From the sequence record NC_010105.1: 64,000 nt of DNA. One strand, 5' to 3'. The stretch is from Escherichia phage JS98. The notes below the pieces were generated by a model, which ran no database searches, had not been told where the DNA came from, and saw nothing but the letters and a program-made list of their open reading frames with translations. This document shows positions 1 to 11,484 of this stretch, in pieces; the first letter of the stretch is position 1; each line of letters starts with the position of its first letter. A program made the translations under genes and the position numbers.

Positions 1-1701
<1,701 letters not shown>

Positions 1702-1730
1702 ACAATAAAGCATAACCAAGAGGATTCAAA

Positions 1731-3713
1731 ATGGCTTTATTATCACCGGGCATTGAGCTCAAAGAAACGTCCGTACAGAGTACTGTCGTTCGTAACGCAA
1801 CGGGTCGTGCAGCGCTGGTTGGTAAATTCCAGTGGGGCCCTGCTTTCCAGGTAACTCAGATTACCAATGAAGTTGAACTGGTTGATTTGTTTGGAGGTCC
1901 TAATAACGAAGTAGCAGATTACTTTATGTCTGGTATGAACTTCCTCCAGTATGGTAACGACCTTCGTACAGTTCGTGTCGTTAGTCGCGAATTTGCTAAA
2001 AACGCATCTCCTATCGCTGGTAATATTGAAACCACTATTACTACGGCTGGTTCCAACTATGCTGTAGGCGATAAAATTAATATTAAATATAACCAAACTG
2101 TAGTCGAATCTGAAGGTCGTGTGACTTCTGTAGATACAGACGGTAAAATTCTTTCTGTGTTTATTCCGTCAGCAAAAATTATTGCTTACGCACGTTCTTT
2201 AAACCAGTATCCTACCCTAGGCCCGGCTTGGACTGCTGAAGTTACTTCCGCCTCTTCGGGTGTTTCTGGTACTATTACCGTAGGTAAAATTGTTACGGAT
2301 TCCGGTATTCTTTTGACTGAAGCCGAGAATAGTGAAGAAGCTATTACTTCTCTTGAATTCCAAGCGGCCCTTAAGAAATTTGCTATGCCAGGCGTAGTGG
2401 CCCTTTATCCTGGTGAAATTGGTTCTACTCTGGAAGTAGAAATCGTTTCTAAAGCAGCTTATGAAGCTGGTTCTTCTAAAATGTTGGATGTTTATCCTGG
2501 TGGCGGTACCCGTGCTTCTATTGCCAAGGCAGTATTTAATTACGGACCTCAAACAGATGACCAATACGCAATTATCGTTCGTCGTGATGGCGCTATCGTA
2601 GAATCCGTCGTACTTTCTACCAAAGAAGGTGAAAAAGACGTTTACGGTAATAACATTTATCTTGACGACTATTTCGCTAAAGGTACTTCTAATTACATCT
2701 ATGCGACCTCGTTAAACTGGCCGAAAGGATTTAGTGGTATCATTAATCTGTCTGGTGGTATTTCCGCCAACGATAAAGTTACTGCAGGCGATTTGATGCA
2801 GGGTTGGGATTTGTTTGCCGACCGTGAAGCACTCCATATTAACCTGCTTATTGCTGGTGCTGTTGCTGGTGAAGGCGATGAAGTGGCTTCTACTGTTCAG
2901 AAACACGTTGTGAGTATTGCTGATGAACGTCAGGATTGCTTAGCATTTATTTCTCCTCCTAAAGGTCTGTTGGTTAACGTTCCACTGACTCGTGCAGTAG
3001 ATAACCTTATCGACTGGCGTACCGGTGCCGGTACTTTCGATGCCAACAACATGAACATCAGTACCACTTATGCCGCTATTGATGGTAATTATAAATATCA
3101 ATACGACAAATATAACGACGTAAACCGTTGGGTACCACTGGCTGCCGATTTGGCTGGTTTGTGTGCACGTACTGATGATGTGTCTCAACCTTGGATGTCT
3201 CCTGCCGGTTATAACCGTGGTCAGATTCTTAACGTTCTGAAATTGGCAATTGAACCACGTCAAGCACAACGTGACCGCATGTACCAGGAAGCTATTAACC
3301 CGGTTGTTGGTTTTGCTGGTGGTGATGGTTTCGTATTGTTTGGTGATAAGACTGCAACTAAAGTTCCATCTCCGATGGACCACATTAACGTTCGCCGTCT
3401 GTTCAACATGCTTAAGAAAAATATCGGTGATGCCTCTAAATATAAACTGTTTGAATTGAACGATAACTTCACTCGTTCAAGCTTCCGTATGGAAGTTTCT
3501 CAGTACTTAGATGGTATTAAGGCACTTGGTGGGATTTATGAAGGACGTGTGGTTTGTGATACTACAGTGAACACCCCTGCGGTTATCGACCGTAATGAGT
3601 TTATTGCTAATATCTATGTTAAACCTGCTCGTTCTATTAACTACATCACGTTGAACTTCGTTGCAACGAGCACTGGTGCTGATTTTGATGAATTGATTGG
3701 ACCTTTAGTATAA
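1731..3713 (+). CDS. 18: Tail sheath protein gp18
   Basis: 660 aa ORF (T4 gp18 is ~659 aa), position after gene 17, sequence MALLSPGIELKETS... matches T4 tail sheath. Confidence 0.93.
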   Translation: MALLSPGIELKETSVQSTVVRNATGRAALVGKFQWGPAFQVTQITNEVELVDLFGGPNNEVADYFMSGMNFLQYGNDLRTVRVVSREFAKNASPIAGNIETTITTAGSNYAVGDKINIKYNQTVVESEGRVTSVDTDGKILSVFIPSAKIIAYARSLNQYPTLGPAWTAEVTSASSGVSGTITVGKIVTDSGILLTEAENSEEAITSLEFQAALKKFAMPGVVALYPGEIGSTLEVEIVSKAAYEAGSSKMLDVYPGGGTRASIAKAVFNYGPQTDDQYAIIVRRDGAIVESVVLSTKEGEKDVYGNNIYLDDYFAKGTSNYIYATSLNWPKGFSGIINLSGGISANDKVTAGDLMQGWDLFADREALHINLLIAGAVAGEGDEVASTVQKHVVSIADERQDCLAFISPPKGLLVNVPLTRAVDNLIDWRTGAGTFDANNMNISTTYAAIDGNYKYQYDKYNDVNRWVPLAADLAGLCARTDDVSQPWMSPAGYNRGQILNVLKLAIEPRQAQRDRMYQEAINPVVGFAGGDGFVLFGDKTATKVPSPMDHINVRRLFNMLKKNIGDASKYKLFELNDNFTRSSFRMEVSQYLDGIKALGGIYEGRVVCDTTVNTPAVIDRNEFIANIYVKPARSINYITLNFVATSTGADFDELIGPLV

Positions 3714-3838
3714 TCTATTATCCCAGGCTGTAATATAAAGAACCTAAAACCATTATACCATGTGTTTGGTTACAGCGTACATCACGTAGAATTGCGCCTG
3801 GGAGTGATTAACTATCAGGAATATGATTTATCAACTGT

Positions 3839-3846
3839 TATAAATA
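3839..3846 (+). promoter_or_regulatory. Late promoter TATAAATA upstream of gene 19
   Basis: Exact TATAAATA in the 18-19 intergenic region. Confidence 0.55.
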
Positions 3847-3859
3847 AATTAATCAGAAC

Positions 3860-3880
3860 GTTCCTGGTGTGGCCAGGAAC
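3860..3880 (+). other. Perfect 8-bp stem hairpin (GTTCCTGG-tgtgg-CCAGGAAC) in the gene 19 leader
   Basis: Inverted repeat read directly; no U-tract, so more likely an RNA structure/stability element than a terminator. Confidence 0.4.
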
Positions 3881-3898
3881 TGACTTATGAGGCATCCC

Positions 3899-4390
3899 AT
3901 GGAGTTGACAGATATCACTCGTGCGTTTGAGTCAGGTGACTTTGCACGCCCTAACCTTTTCGAAGTGGAAATTCCATTTCTTGGTAAAAACTTTAGCTTT
4001 AAATGTAAAGCAGCACCTATGCCGGCAGGCATTGTAGAAAAAGTACCGGTTGGCTACATGAACCGTAAAATTAACGTAGCTGGCGACCGTACGTTTGATG
4101 ATTGGACCATTACCATTTATAACGATGATGCCCATGACACCCGTCAGGCAATTGTTGATTGGCAAAACCTCTGCCATGGTATGACCAATGAAATTACAGG
4201 TGCAGCACCTGCAGAATATAAGAAACAAGCAGTTGTTCGTCAGTTCCATCGTGACGGTAAGACTGTGACTAAAGAAGTTACAATTTATGGCTTATGGCCT
4301 ACTAACGTTGGTGAAGTCCAGATGGATTGGGATTCAAACAACGAGGTAGAAACTTTCGAATCTACGTTCGCTATCGATTGGTGGGAATGA
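3899..4390 (+). CDS. 19: Tail tube protein gp19
   Basis: MELTDITRAFESGDFARPNLF... matches T4 gp19; start chosen at the internal Met with GAGG Shine-Dalgarno (ORF track begins 3887); 163 aa. Confidence 0.88.
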   Translation: MELTDITRAFESGDFARPNLFEVEIPFLGKNFSFKCKAAPMPAGIVEKVPVGYMNRKINVAGDRTFDDWTITIYNDDAHDTRQAIVDWQNLCHGMTNEITGAAPAEYKKQAVVRQFHRDGKTVTKEVTIYGLWPTNVGEVQMDWDSNNEVETFESTFAIDWWE

Positions 4391-4391
4391 G

Positions 4392-4399
4392 TATAAATA
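4392..4399 (+). promoter_or_regulatory. Late promoter TATAAATA upstream of gene 20
   Basis: Exact TATAAATA immediately after gene 19 stop. Confidence 0.55.
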
Positions 4400-4407
4400 G
4401 AATTATA

Positions 4408-4425
4408 AAGGAGCTTCGGCTCCTT
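4408..4425 (+). other. Stem-loop AAGGAGC-ttcg-GCTCCTT (UUCG tetraloop) in 19-20 intergenic region
   Basis: 7-bp stem with TTCG loop seen directly; sits between the late promoter and gene 20 start. Confidence 0.45.
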
Positions 4426-4447
4426 ATCCCATTCATCGGAGACTCTA

Positions 4448-6022
4448 ATGGCAAACTTTAATACAATATTAAGTTTTCTTAAGCCATGGGCTAATGAAGA
4501 CGAAAAAGAATATAAACAACAAATTAATAACAATTTAGAGTCTGTCACTGCACCTAAGCTTGATGATGGCGCTCGCGAAATTGAAACCCAAGAGCAAAAT
4601 ATTCCTTATAACGCTCTTATGCAACAAATGTTTGGTAGTAATGAGCCTGAAGTTAAAAACACCAGGGAACTCATTGATACCTACCGTAATTTGATGAACA
4701 ACTATGAAGTCGATAACGCAGTTCAAGAAATTGTGTCTGACGCTATTGTCTACGAGGATGATAAAGAAGTAGTTGCATTAAATTTAGACGGGACAGATTT
4801 CAGTCAATCAATTAAAGATAAAATTTTGGCTGAATTTAGTGAAGTTTTGAATCTTTTAAATTTCCAACGTAAAGGCACTGACCATTTCCAACGTTGGTAT
4901 GTAGACTCGAGAATATTCTTTCATAAAATTATAAACCCTAAAAAAATGAAAGATGGCGTACAAGAGCTTCGACGCTTAGACCCGCGCCAAGTCCAATATA
5001 TTCGTGAAATTGTTACACGTATGGAAGATGGTGTTAAAATTGTAGATGGGTACCGCGAGTTTTTCGTTTACGATACTGGTCATGAAAGTTATTGTGCTGA
5101 TGGACGCATTTATTCAGCCGGGACTAAAGTTAAAATTCCTCGTGCTGCTGTAGTTTATGCACATTCTGGATTATTAGATTGTTGTGGTAAAAACATCATT
5201 GGCTATTTGCAACGTGCTATTAAGCCTGCAAACCAGCTTAAATTGATGGAAGACGCAATGGTCATCTACCGTATTACACGTGCTCCTGACCGTCGTGTGT
5301 TTTATATCGATACAGGTAATATGCCTTCACGTAAGGCTGCAGCACAAATGCAACATATCATGAACACGATGAAAAACCGTGTGGTATATGATGCTTCGAC
5401 CGGTAAAATTAAAAACCAGCAACATAATATGTCAATGACTGAAGACTATTGGTTGCAACGTCGAGACGGTAAAGCGGTAACAGAAGTTGATACCATGCCT
5501 GGCGCCACAGGTATGAGTGATATGGATGACGTTCTTTATTTCCGCACAGCACTTTATCGTGCACTGCGTATTCCAGAGTCACGTATCCCTAGTGAATCTA
5601 ATTCAGGCGTTATGTTTGATGCCGGTACAGCAATCACTCGTGATGAGTTGAAATTTGCTAAATGGATTCGACAGCTCCAAAATAAATTTGAAGAAATTTT
5701 CTTAGACCCATTAAAAACAAACCTCATTCTTAAAAAGATTATTACAGAAGATGAGTGGGAAAGAGAAATAAATAATATTAAAGTTACGTTCAACCGTGAT
5801 AGCTATTTCAGTGAAATGAAAGATGCGGAAATCATGGAACGCAGAATCAATATGCTAACGATGGCTGAACCATTTATTGGTAAGTATATTTCACATCAAA
5901 CGGCTATGAAAGATTTCCTTCAGATGACTGACGAAGAAATTAATCAAGAAGCTAAGCAAATTGAAGAAGAGTCTAAAGAGGCTCGTTTCCAAAACCCAGA
6001 TGAAGAAGAAGAGGATTTCTAA
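4448..6022 (+). CDS. 20: Portal vertex protein gp20
   Basis: 524 aa, same length as T4 gp20; gene order 19-20-67. Confidence 0.92.
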   Translation: MANFNTILSFLKPWANEDEKEYKQQINNNLESVTAPKLDDGAREIETQEQNIPYNALMQQMFGSNEPEVKNTRELIDTYRNLMNNYEVDNAVQEIVSDAIVYEDDKEVVALNLDGTDFSQSIKDKILAEFSEVLNLLNFQRKGTDHFQRWYVDSRIFFHKIINPKKMKDGVQELRRLDPRQVQYIREIVTRMEDGVKIVDGYREFFVYDTGHESYCADGRIYSAGTKVKIPRAAVVYAHSGLLDCCGKNIIGYLQRAIKPANQLKLMEDAMVIYRITRAPDRRVFYIDTGNMPSRKAAAQMQHIMNTMKNRVVYDASTGKIKNQQHNMSMTEDYWLQRRDGKAVTEVDTMPGATGMSDMDDVLYFRTALYRALRIPESRIPSESNSGVMFDAGTAITRDELKFAKWIRQLQNKFEEIFLDPLKTNLILKKIITEDEWEREINNIKVTFNRDSYFSEMKDAEIMERRINMLTMAEPFIGKYISHQTAMKDFLQMTDEEINQEAKQIEEESKEARFQNPDEEEEDF

Positions 6023-6297
6023 TGGAAGATTTAATCGAAGCTATTAAATCAAACGACCTCGTAGCAGTTCGTAAAGCAGCAGGCCCGCTTATCGAATCTC
6101 GAGTAGCCGCTTTGATTGAAGCCCGTAAAGCAGAAATTGCTCGCTCCGTTATGATTGAAGGCGAAGAAGCCGATAAAGATGACGAAGACGAAGATAAAGA
6201 CGAAAAATCCGATAAAGCAGATAAGAAAGACAAAAAAGAATCTGACGATGCGGATGAAGGTGATGACGACGATGAAGACGACGAGGACGACGAATAA
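6022..6297 (+). CDS. 67: Prohead core protein gp67-like with extended poly-acidic C-terminal tail
   Basis: Position between 20 and 68; 91 aa; last ~40 aa almost entirely D/E/K. Confidence 0.7.
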   Translation: MEDLIEAIKSNDLVAVRKAAGPLIESRVAALIEARKAEIARSVMIEGEEADKDDEDEDKDEKSDKADKKDKKESDDADEGDDDDEDDEDDE

Positions 6298-6725
6298 TGT
6301 TCCTTATCCCTGATGATTACGAATTAACTCTAGAAAGCGTAGAGGCCAAAATTCCAGAAGCACAGGGACGTTTTGCTACTCTTTCTGAAGCCCTCGAGAA
6401 AAGCGATATAAATAATCTTGTAGAGAACATGATTGCTGATGGTGATATCGATACAGCTATCGCCATTGCCTCTTTAAATGAAAATATGGCTCTTAACGAA
6501 TTTATCGTTAAGCATGTCTCTTCTAAAGGTGAGCTTACTCGTACTAAAGATATTAAAACCCGTCAACGCAACGCTTATCAAACGACTGGGTTGTCTAAAG
6601 CAAAACGCCGTCAGATTGCTCGCAAAGCGTCTAAAACCAAACGTGCTAACCCGTCTACTCAAGTACGTGCTGAACGTAAGCGTAAGAAAGCTCGTTCTAA
6701 ACGTAAAGCCTTTGGACTTAACTAA
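6297..6725 (+). CDS. 68: Prohead core protein gp68
   Basis: 142 aa, basic C-terminus, position before gene 21 as in T4. Confidence 0.7.
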   Translation: MFLIPDDYELTLESVEAKIPEAQGRFATLSEALEKSDINNLVENMIADGDIDTAIAIASLNENMALNEFIVKHVSSKGELTRTKDIKTRQRNAYQTTGLSKAKRRQIARKASKTKRANPSTQVRAERKRKKARSKRKAFGLN

Positions 6726-7360
6726 TGAAACCTGAATTGCTCATCGAACATTGGGGACAACCAGGTGAAATTATCGATGGGGTTCCGATGTTGGAATCTC
6801 ATGATGGAAAAGATTCTGGACTTGCCCCGGGCCTTTATATAGAAGGCATATTCATGCAAGCCGAAGTGGTTAACCGTAATAAACGCCTTTATCCAAAACC
6901 TATTTTGGAAAAAGCTGTTGCTGATTATATGGCAGAACAGGTTGCTACTAAACAAGCTTTAGGAGAATTAAATCATCCGCCTCGTGCTAACGTCGACCCT
7001 ATGCAAGCCGCTATTATTATTGAAGATATGTGGTGGAAAGGTAATGACGTTTATGGACGTGCTCGTATTATTGAAGGCGACCATGGTCCTGGTGATAAAC
7101 TAGCTGCTAATATTAGAGCCGGTTGGGTGCCTGGTGTTAGTTCTCGTGGTCTAGGTTCTTTAACCGAAACCAATAAAGGATATAAGCGTGTAAACGAAGG
7201 TTATAAATTAACCGTCGGTGTTGATGCAGTATGGGGTCCATCTGCTCCTGATGCTTATGTAACTCCTAAACAAATTACAGAATCACAAACGGTAGATACC
7301 GATACCAGTGCCGATGACGCCTTTATGGCTCTCGCAGAGGCCATGAAAAAAGCGTTATAA
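6725..7360 (+). CDS. 21: Prohead core protease gp21
   Basis: 211 aa; [30 protein letters not shown]... matches T4 gp21. Confidence 0.92.
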   Translation: MKPELLIEHWGQPGEIIDGVPMLESHDGKDSGLAPGLYIEGIFMQAEVVNRNKRLYPKPILEKAVADYMAEQVATKQALGELNHPPRANVDPMQAAIIIEDMWWKGNDVYGRARIIEGDHGPGDKLAANIRAGWVPGVSSRGLGSLTETNKGYKRVNEGYKLTVGVDAVWGPSAPDAYVTPKQITESQTVDTDTSADDAFMALAEAMKKAL

Positions 7361-7363
7361 ATA
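7356..7363 (+). promoter_or_regulatory. Late promoter TATAAATA upstream of gene 22
   Basis: Exact TATAAATA overlapping gene 21 stop codon. Confidence 0.55.
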
Positions 7364-7390
7364 TTATTATCTAAACAACAGGACTACAAA

Positions 7391-8206
7391 ATGCTTAAAG
7401 AACAACTGATCGCCGAAGCACAGAATATTGATGCTTCCGTTGCTCTTGACAGTATTTTCGAATCAGTTAATATTTCTCCGGAAGCAAAAGAAACTTTCGG
7501 CACTGTATTCGAAGCTACCGTCAAGCAACACGCCGTTAAACTGGCTGAATCTCACATCGCTAAAATCGCTGAAAAAGCGGAAGAAGAAGTTGAGAAAAAT
7601 AAAGAAGAAGCTGAAGAAAAAGCTGATAAGAAAATCCAAGAAGCTGCCGGTCGTTTCCTTGACCACGTCGCTAAAGAATGGATGGCTGAAAACCAGCTGG
7701 CTGTTGATAAAGGTATTAAAGCCGAACTGTTCGAATCCATGTTGATGGGTATGAAAGAACTGTTTGTTGAACACAATGTGGTTGTTCCAGAAGAAGCAGT
7801 GGATGTTGTTGCTGAAATGGAAGAAGAACTCCAAGAGCAGAAAGATGAAACCGCTCGTCTGTTCGAAGAAGTTGGTAAGCGTGATGCATATATTAATTAC
7901 GTACAGCGTGAAGTTGCGTTGACTGAAGCAACTAAAGACCTGACTGAATCTCAGAAAGAAAAAGTTAGTTCTCTGGTAGAAGGCATGGATTATTCCGATG
8001 CATTTGGTAAAAAAATTGGCGCTATCGTTGAAATGGTTAAAGGCCAGACTGACGTTGAAAAACCAATCACCGAAGCCGCTATAAATAAAACTGAAGACGA
8101 TGCTGCAGCACTGAATTATATTTCGGAAGCAGTTGAAGAAAAAGGCACTAAGCCTACCCTGTCCTTCGCGGACCTGTCTGCAATCGCAGCATCTCGAATT
8201 TCTTAA
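7391..8206 (+). CDS. 22: Prohead scaffolding core protein gp22
   Basis: 271 aa, highly acidic coiled-coil-like; position between 21 and 23. Confidence 0.88.
   Translation: MLKEQLIAEAQNIDASVALDSIFESVNISPEAKETFGTVFEATVKQHAVKLAESHIAKIAEKAEEEVEKNKEEAEEKADKKIQEAAGRFLDHVAKEWMAENQLAVDKGIKAELFESMLMGMKELFVEHNVVVPEEAVDVVAEMEEELQEQKDETARLFEEVGKRDAYINYVQREVALTEATKDLTESQKEKVSSLVEGMDYSDAFGKKIGAIVEMVKGQTDVEKPITEAAINKTEDDAAALNYISEAVEEKGTKPTLSFADLSAIAASRIS
8080..8087 (+). promoter_or_regulatory. Late promoter TATAAATA for gene 23, inside the 3' end of gene 22
   Basis: Exact TATAAATA ~140 nt upstream of gene 23 ATG; T4 gene 23 late promoter also lies within gene 22. Confidence 0.55.
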
Positions 8207-8227
8207 TTTAATAAGGTTATACAACAC

Positions 8228-9787
8228 ATGAAAAAGAATGCATTAGTTCAAAAATGGTCCGCTCTGCTGGAAAACGAAGCTCTTCCTGAAATCGTTGGTG
8301 CTTCTAAACAAGCTATCATCGCTAAAATTTTCGAAAACCAGGAACAAGACATCCTGACTGCTCCAGAATATCGTGACGAAAAAATCTCCGAAGCATTTGG
8401 TTCTTTCCTGACTGAAGCTGAAATCGGTGGTGACCACGGTTATGATGCTACCAATATCGCAGCTGGCCAGACTTCTGGTGCTGTAACTCAGATTGGGCCG
8501 GCAGTAATGGGTATGGTTCGTCGTGCTATTCCTCATCTGATTGCTTTTGATATTTGTGGTGTTCAGCCTCTGAATAACCCTACCGGTCAGGTATTTGCAC
8601 TGCGTGCAGTATATGGTAAAGACCCTATCGCTGCAGGCGCTAAAGAAGCTTTCCATCCGATGTATGCTCCGAACGCTATGTTCTCTGGTCAGGGTGCTGC
8701 TGAAACTTTCGAAGCACTGGCTGCAAGCAAAGTTCTGGAAGTTGGTAAAATTTATTCTCACTTCTTCGAAGCTACCGGTTCTGCACACTTCCAGGCTGTT
8801 GAAGCTGTAACCGTTGATGCAGGCGCTACTGATGCCGCTAAACTGGATGCTGCTGTTACCGCTCTGGTTGAAGCTGGTCAGCTGGCTGAAATCGCTGAAG
8901 GTATGGCTACTTCTATCGCAGAACTTCAGGAAGGTTTCAACGGTTCTACCGATAACCCGTGGAACGAAATGGGCTTCCGCATCGACAAACAAGTTATCGA
9001 AGCTAAATCTCGTCAGCTGAAAGCAAGCTACTCTATCGAACTGGCACAGGACCTTCGTGCAGTACACGGTATGGATGCAGATGCTGAACTGTCCGGTATC
9101 CTTGCTACCGAAATTATGCTCGAAATCAACCGTGAAGTTATCGATTGGATTAACTACTCTGCACAGGTTGGTAAATCTGGTATGACCAACACCGTTGGCG
9201 CTAAAGCTGGTGTGTTTGACTTCCAGGACCCGATTGATATCCGTGGTGCTCGTTGGGCCGGTGAGAGCTTTAAAGCCCTTCTGTTCCAGATTGATAAAGA
9301 AGCAGCCGAAATCGCTCGTCAGACCGGTCGTGGTGCTGGTAACTTCATCATCGCTTCCCGTAACGTAGTTAACGTACTGGCTGCAGTTGATACTTCTGTA
9401 AGTTATGCAGCTCAAGGTCTGGGTCAGGGTTTCAACGTTGACACAACCAAAGCAGTATTTGCCGGTGTTCTTGGTGGTAAATATCGTGTTTACATCGACC
9501 AGTATGCTCGTTCCGATTACTTCACCATCGGTTATAAAGGTTCCAACGAAATGGACGCAGGTATCTACTATGCTCCGTACGTTGCGCTGACTCCGCTGCG
9601 TGGTTCCGATCCGAAGAACTTCCAACCGGTAATGGGCTTCAAAACTCGTTACGGTATCGGTATTAACCCGTTCGCTGACCCAGCTGCTCAGGCGCCTACC
9701 AAACGTATTCAGAATGGTATGCCTGACATCGTTAACAGCCTCGGTCTGAATGGTTACTTCCGTCGCGTATATGTTAAAGGTATCTAA
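8228..9787 (+). CDS. 23: Major capsid protein gp23
   Basis: 519 aa (T4 gp23 521 aa); position and sequence match. Confidence 0.95.
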   Translation: MKKNALVQKWSALLENEALPEIVGASKQAIIAKIFENQEQDILTAPEYRDEKISEAFGSFLTEAEIGGDHGYDATNIAAGQTSGAVTQIGPAVMGMVRRAIPHLIAFDICGVQPLNNPTGQVFALRAVYGKDPIAAGAKEAFHPMYAPNAMFSGQGAAETFEALAASKVLEVGKIYSHFFEATGSAHFQAVEAVTVDAGATDAAKLDAAVTALVEAGQLAEIAEGMATSIAELQEGFNGSTDNPWNEMGFRIDKQVIEAKSRQLKASYSIELAQDLRAVHGMDADAELSGILATEIMLEINREVIDWINYSAQVGKSGMTNTVGAKAGVFDFQDPIDIRGARWAGESFKALLFQIDKEAAEIARQTGRGAGNFIIASRNVVNVLAAVDTSVSYAAQGLGQGFNVDTTKAVFAGVLGGKYRVYIDQYARSDYFTIGYKGSNEMDAGIYYAPYVALTPLRGSDPKNFQPVMGFKTRYGIGINPFADPAAQAPTKRIQNGMPDIVNSLGLNGYFRRVYVKGI

Positions 9788-9802
9788 TATACACCTTATT
9801 AT

Positions 9803-9830
9803 GGGAGACTTCGGTCTCCCATTCTTGTTT
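9803..9830. terminator. Bidirectional rho-independent terminator after gene 23 (GGGAGAC-ttcg-GTCTCCC then T-run)
   Basis: 7-bp GC-rich stem, UUCG loop, followed by ATTCTTGTTT; lies between convergent genes. Confidence 0.75.
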
Positions 9831-9835
9831 CTATA

Positions 9836-10117
9836 CTATGCAATCTTAACACGACGGTTGATGATATCACGGAAGTCAATACGATTTTCTTGGATTTTCA
9901 GCCAGTTACCAGATTTGTCTTTGGTATGGGTAGAGTATTCACCGTTCCACCAGAAGTCGGTAGCATAAGCCATGGCTTCGTATTTCTTAACTAGTGCATT
10001 CACTGCATTACCGTTAGGATTGGAACCATATTTTTCTACCAGGGCTTTGATGTCTTTATCAAGAGCGGAAAGAGTAGTACGAATAAAGTTTAACTTGTTC
10101 ATTTTTAATCTCCTCAT
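9836..10117 (-). CDS. Hypothetical small early protein (93 aa) inserted between genes 23 and 24
   Basis: ORF with its own upstream PeSL-like early promoter; no recognisable motif. Confidence 0.5.
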   Translation of the reverse strand: MRRLKMNKLNFIRTTLSALDKDIKALVEKYGSNPNGNAVNALVKKYEAMAYATDFWWNGEYSTHTKDKSGNWLKIQENRIDFRDIINRRVKIA

Positions 10118-10165
10118 GTTTTGATAGGTCTATAGTAACATGTGATAACCTTGCTGTAAACAACT
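10118..10165 (-). promoter_or_regulatory. PeSL-like early promoter cassette (GTTTAC-N17-TACTAT, then AGACCTATCAA) driving 9836..10117
   Basis: -35 at 10156..10161, -10 at 10133..10138 (minus-strand reading), 17-bp spacer. Confidence 0.5.
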
Positions 10166-10167
10166 TT

Positions 10168-10175
10168 TATAAATA
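10168..10175 (+). promoter_or_regulatory. Late promoter TATAAATA upstream of gene 24
   Basis: Exact TATAAATA ~28 nt upstream of ATG at 10204. Confidence 0.55.
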
Positions 10176-10203
10176 AACATATACCCTCAATAAGGAAAGC
10201 GCA

Positions 10204-11484
10204 ATGGCAAAGATTAACGAATTACTGCGCGAGTCAACAACTACTTCTAGCAACTCATTGGGTCGCCCTAATCTTGTTGCTTTGACCCGTGCTACAACCA
10301 AATTGATTTACCGTGATATTATTGCTGAACAACGTACTAGCCAGCCTATTGCTGCATTGTATGGTGTCAAATATCTTACTCCTGATAATGAATTTAGCTT
10401 CCAAACTGGTGCCGTTTATGGCGGTGAAGTTGGTTCTAAAGACCGTGAAACTATCCCAGAACTCACAGATAAGGCCCAGGCTATTGCCAAGGGTGAATAT
10501 TTCAAGTATCAGAACATAGTTTATAAGGCTCTTCAAGCAAGCCCACTCGCATCCACTAGCGCTACAGAATTGGCTGAGGCCCTTCAAGAAGGTTTGGTGT
10601 CATTAACATGTCGTCTGGTTCCTGATGCGGCTCACACAGAGAAATTCGAAGCAGGTGATGTTGAAATTAGTAATGCAGTATTCCAGGTTAATAAATGGAA
10701 CGCACCTGTTAAGTCTCGTAAACTTAAAACCGCTTTGACTGTAGAACTAGCCCAAGACATGGAATCCAATGGCTTTGACGCCCCTGCGTTCTTAGAAGAC
10801 CTTTTAGCCACTGTAATGGCTGATGAAATCAATAAAGACGTACTACAATCCTTGATTACCGTATCTAAACGTTACAAAGTAACTGGTGTATCTGATAATG
10901 GTATTATTGATTTGTCCTATAATTCCGCCCCAGAAAGTGCACGTAAATTATATGAAATGGTTTGTGAGATGAATTCTGAAATTCAGAAAACCACTTCTTA
11001 TTCAGGTACGTTTGTTGTCGCATCTAGTCGTGCTGCTGCTATGCTCGCTGGTTCAGGTTGGTTGAAACATAAACCAGAAGATGAAGCTTGGCTCCCAGAA
11101 ACTGCTTACGGTTATTTGATTAATGGATTGCCTGTATTCTGTGATGTTAATAGTCCTTTAGATTATGTTATCGTAGGCGTTAAAGAAGATTACGGCGGTA
11201 ATGAAGTAGTTGGTTCTATTTTCTATGCTCCATATACCGAAGGTCTGGATTTAGACGACCAAGAACATGTTGGTGCGTATAAAGTTATTGTAGACCCTGA
11301 TAGTTTACAACCGGCTATTTCTCTGATGGTTCGTTATGCACTTTCAGCAAACCCATATACCGTTGCTAAAGATGATAAAGAAGCTCGTGTTATAGACGCA
11401 ACTAATATGGATTTAATGGCAGGTCAGAGTAACATGTCTTATCTGCTTGGTGTTAAACTTCCTCCGATTATTTACGAGGCATAA
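10204..11484 (+). CDS. 24: Capsid vertex protein gp24 (copy 1, closest to T4 gp24)
   Basis: 426 aa; MAKINELLRESTTT...GRPNLVALTRATTKLIY matches T4 gp24. Confidence 0.9.
   Translation: MAKINELLRESTTTSSNSLGRPNLVALTRATTKLIYRDIIAEQRTSQPIAALYGVKYLTPDNEFSFQTGAVYGGEVGSKDRETIPELTDKAQAIAKGEYFKYQNIVYKALQASPLASTSATELAEALQEGLVSLTCRLVPDAAHTEKFEAGDVEISNAVFQVNKWNAPVKSRKLKTALTVELAQDMESNGFDAPAFLEDLLATVMADEINKDVLQSLITVSKRYKVTGVSDNGIIDLSYNSAPESARKLYEMVCEMNSEIQKTTSYSGTFVVASSRAAAMLAGSGWLKHKPEDEAWLPETAYGYLINGLPVFCDVNSPLDYVIVGVKEDYGGNEVVGSIFYAPYTEGLDLDDQEHVGAYKVIVDPDSLQPAISLMVRYALSANPYTVAKDDKEARVIDATNMDLMAGQSNMSYLLGVKLPPIIYEA

Noticed and set aside
8243-9625. 460-aa ORF antisense to gene 23
   Set aside because: Lies entirely within and opposite the highly conserved major capsid gene; low-complexity translation with no start context. 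Treated as a spurious antisense frame, as are 7463..8227 (antisense to gene 22), 22053..22748 (antisense to gene 29) and other ORF-track entries embedded opposite confidently assigned genes.
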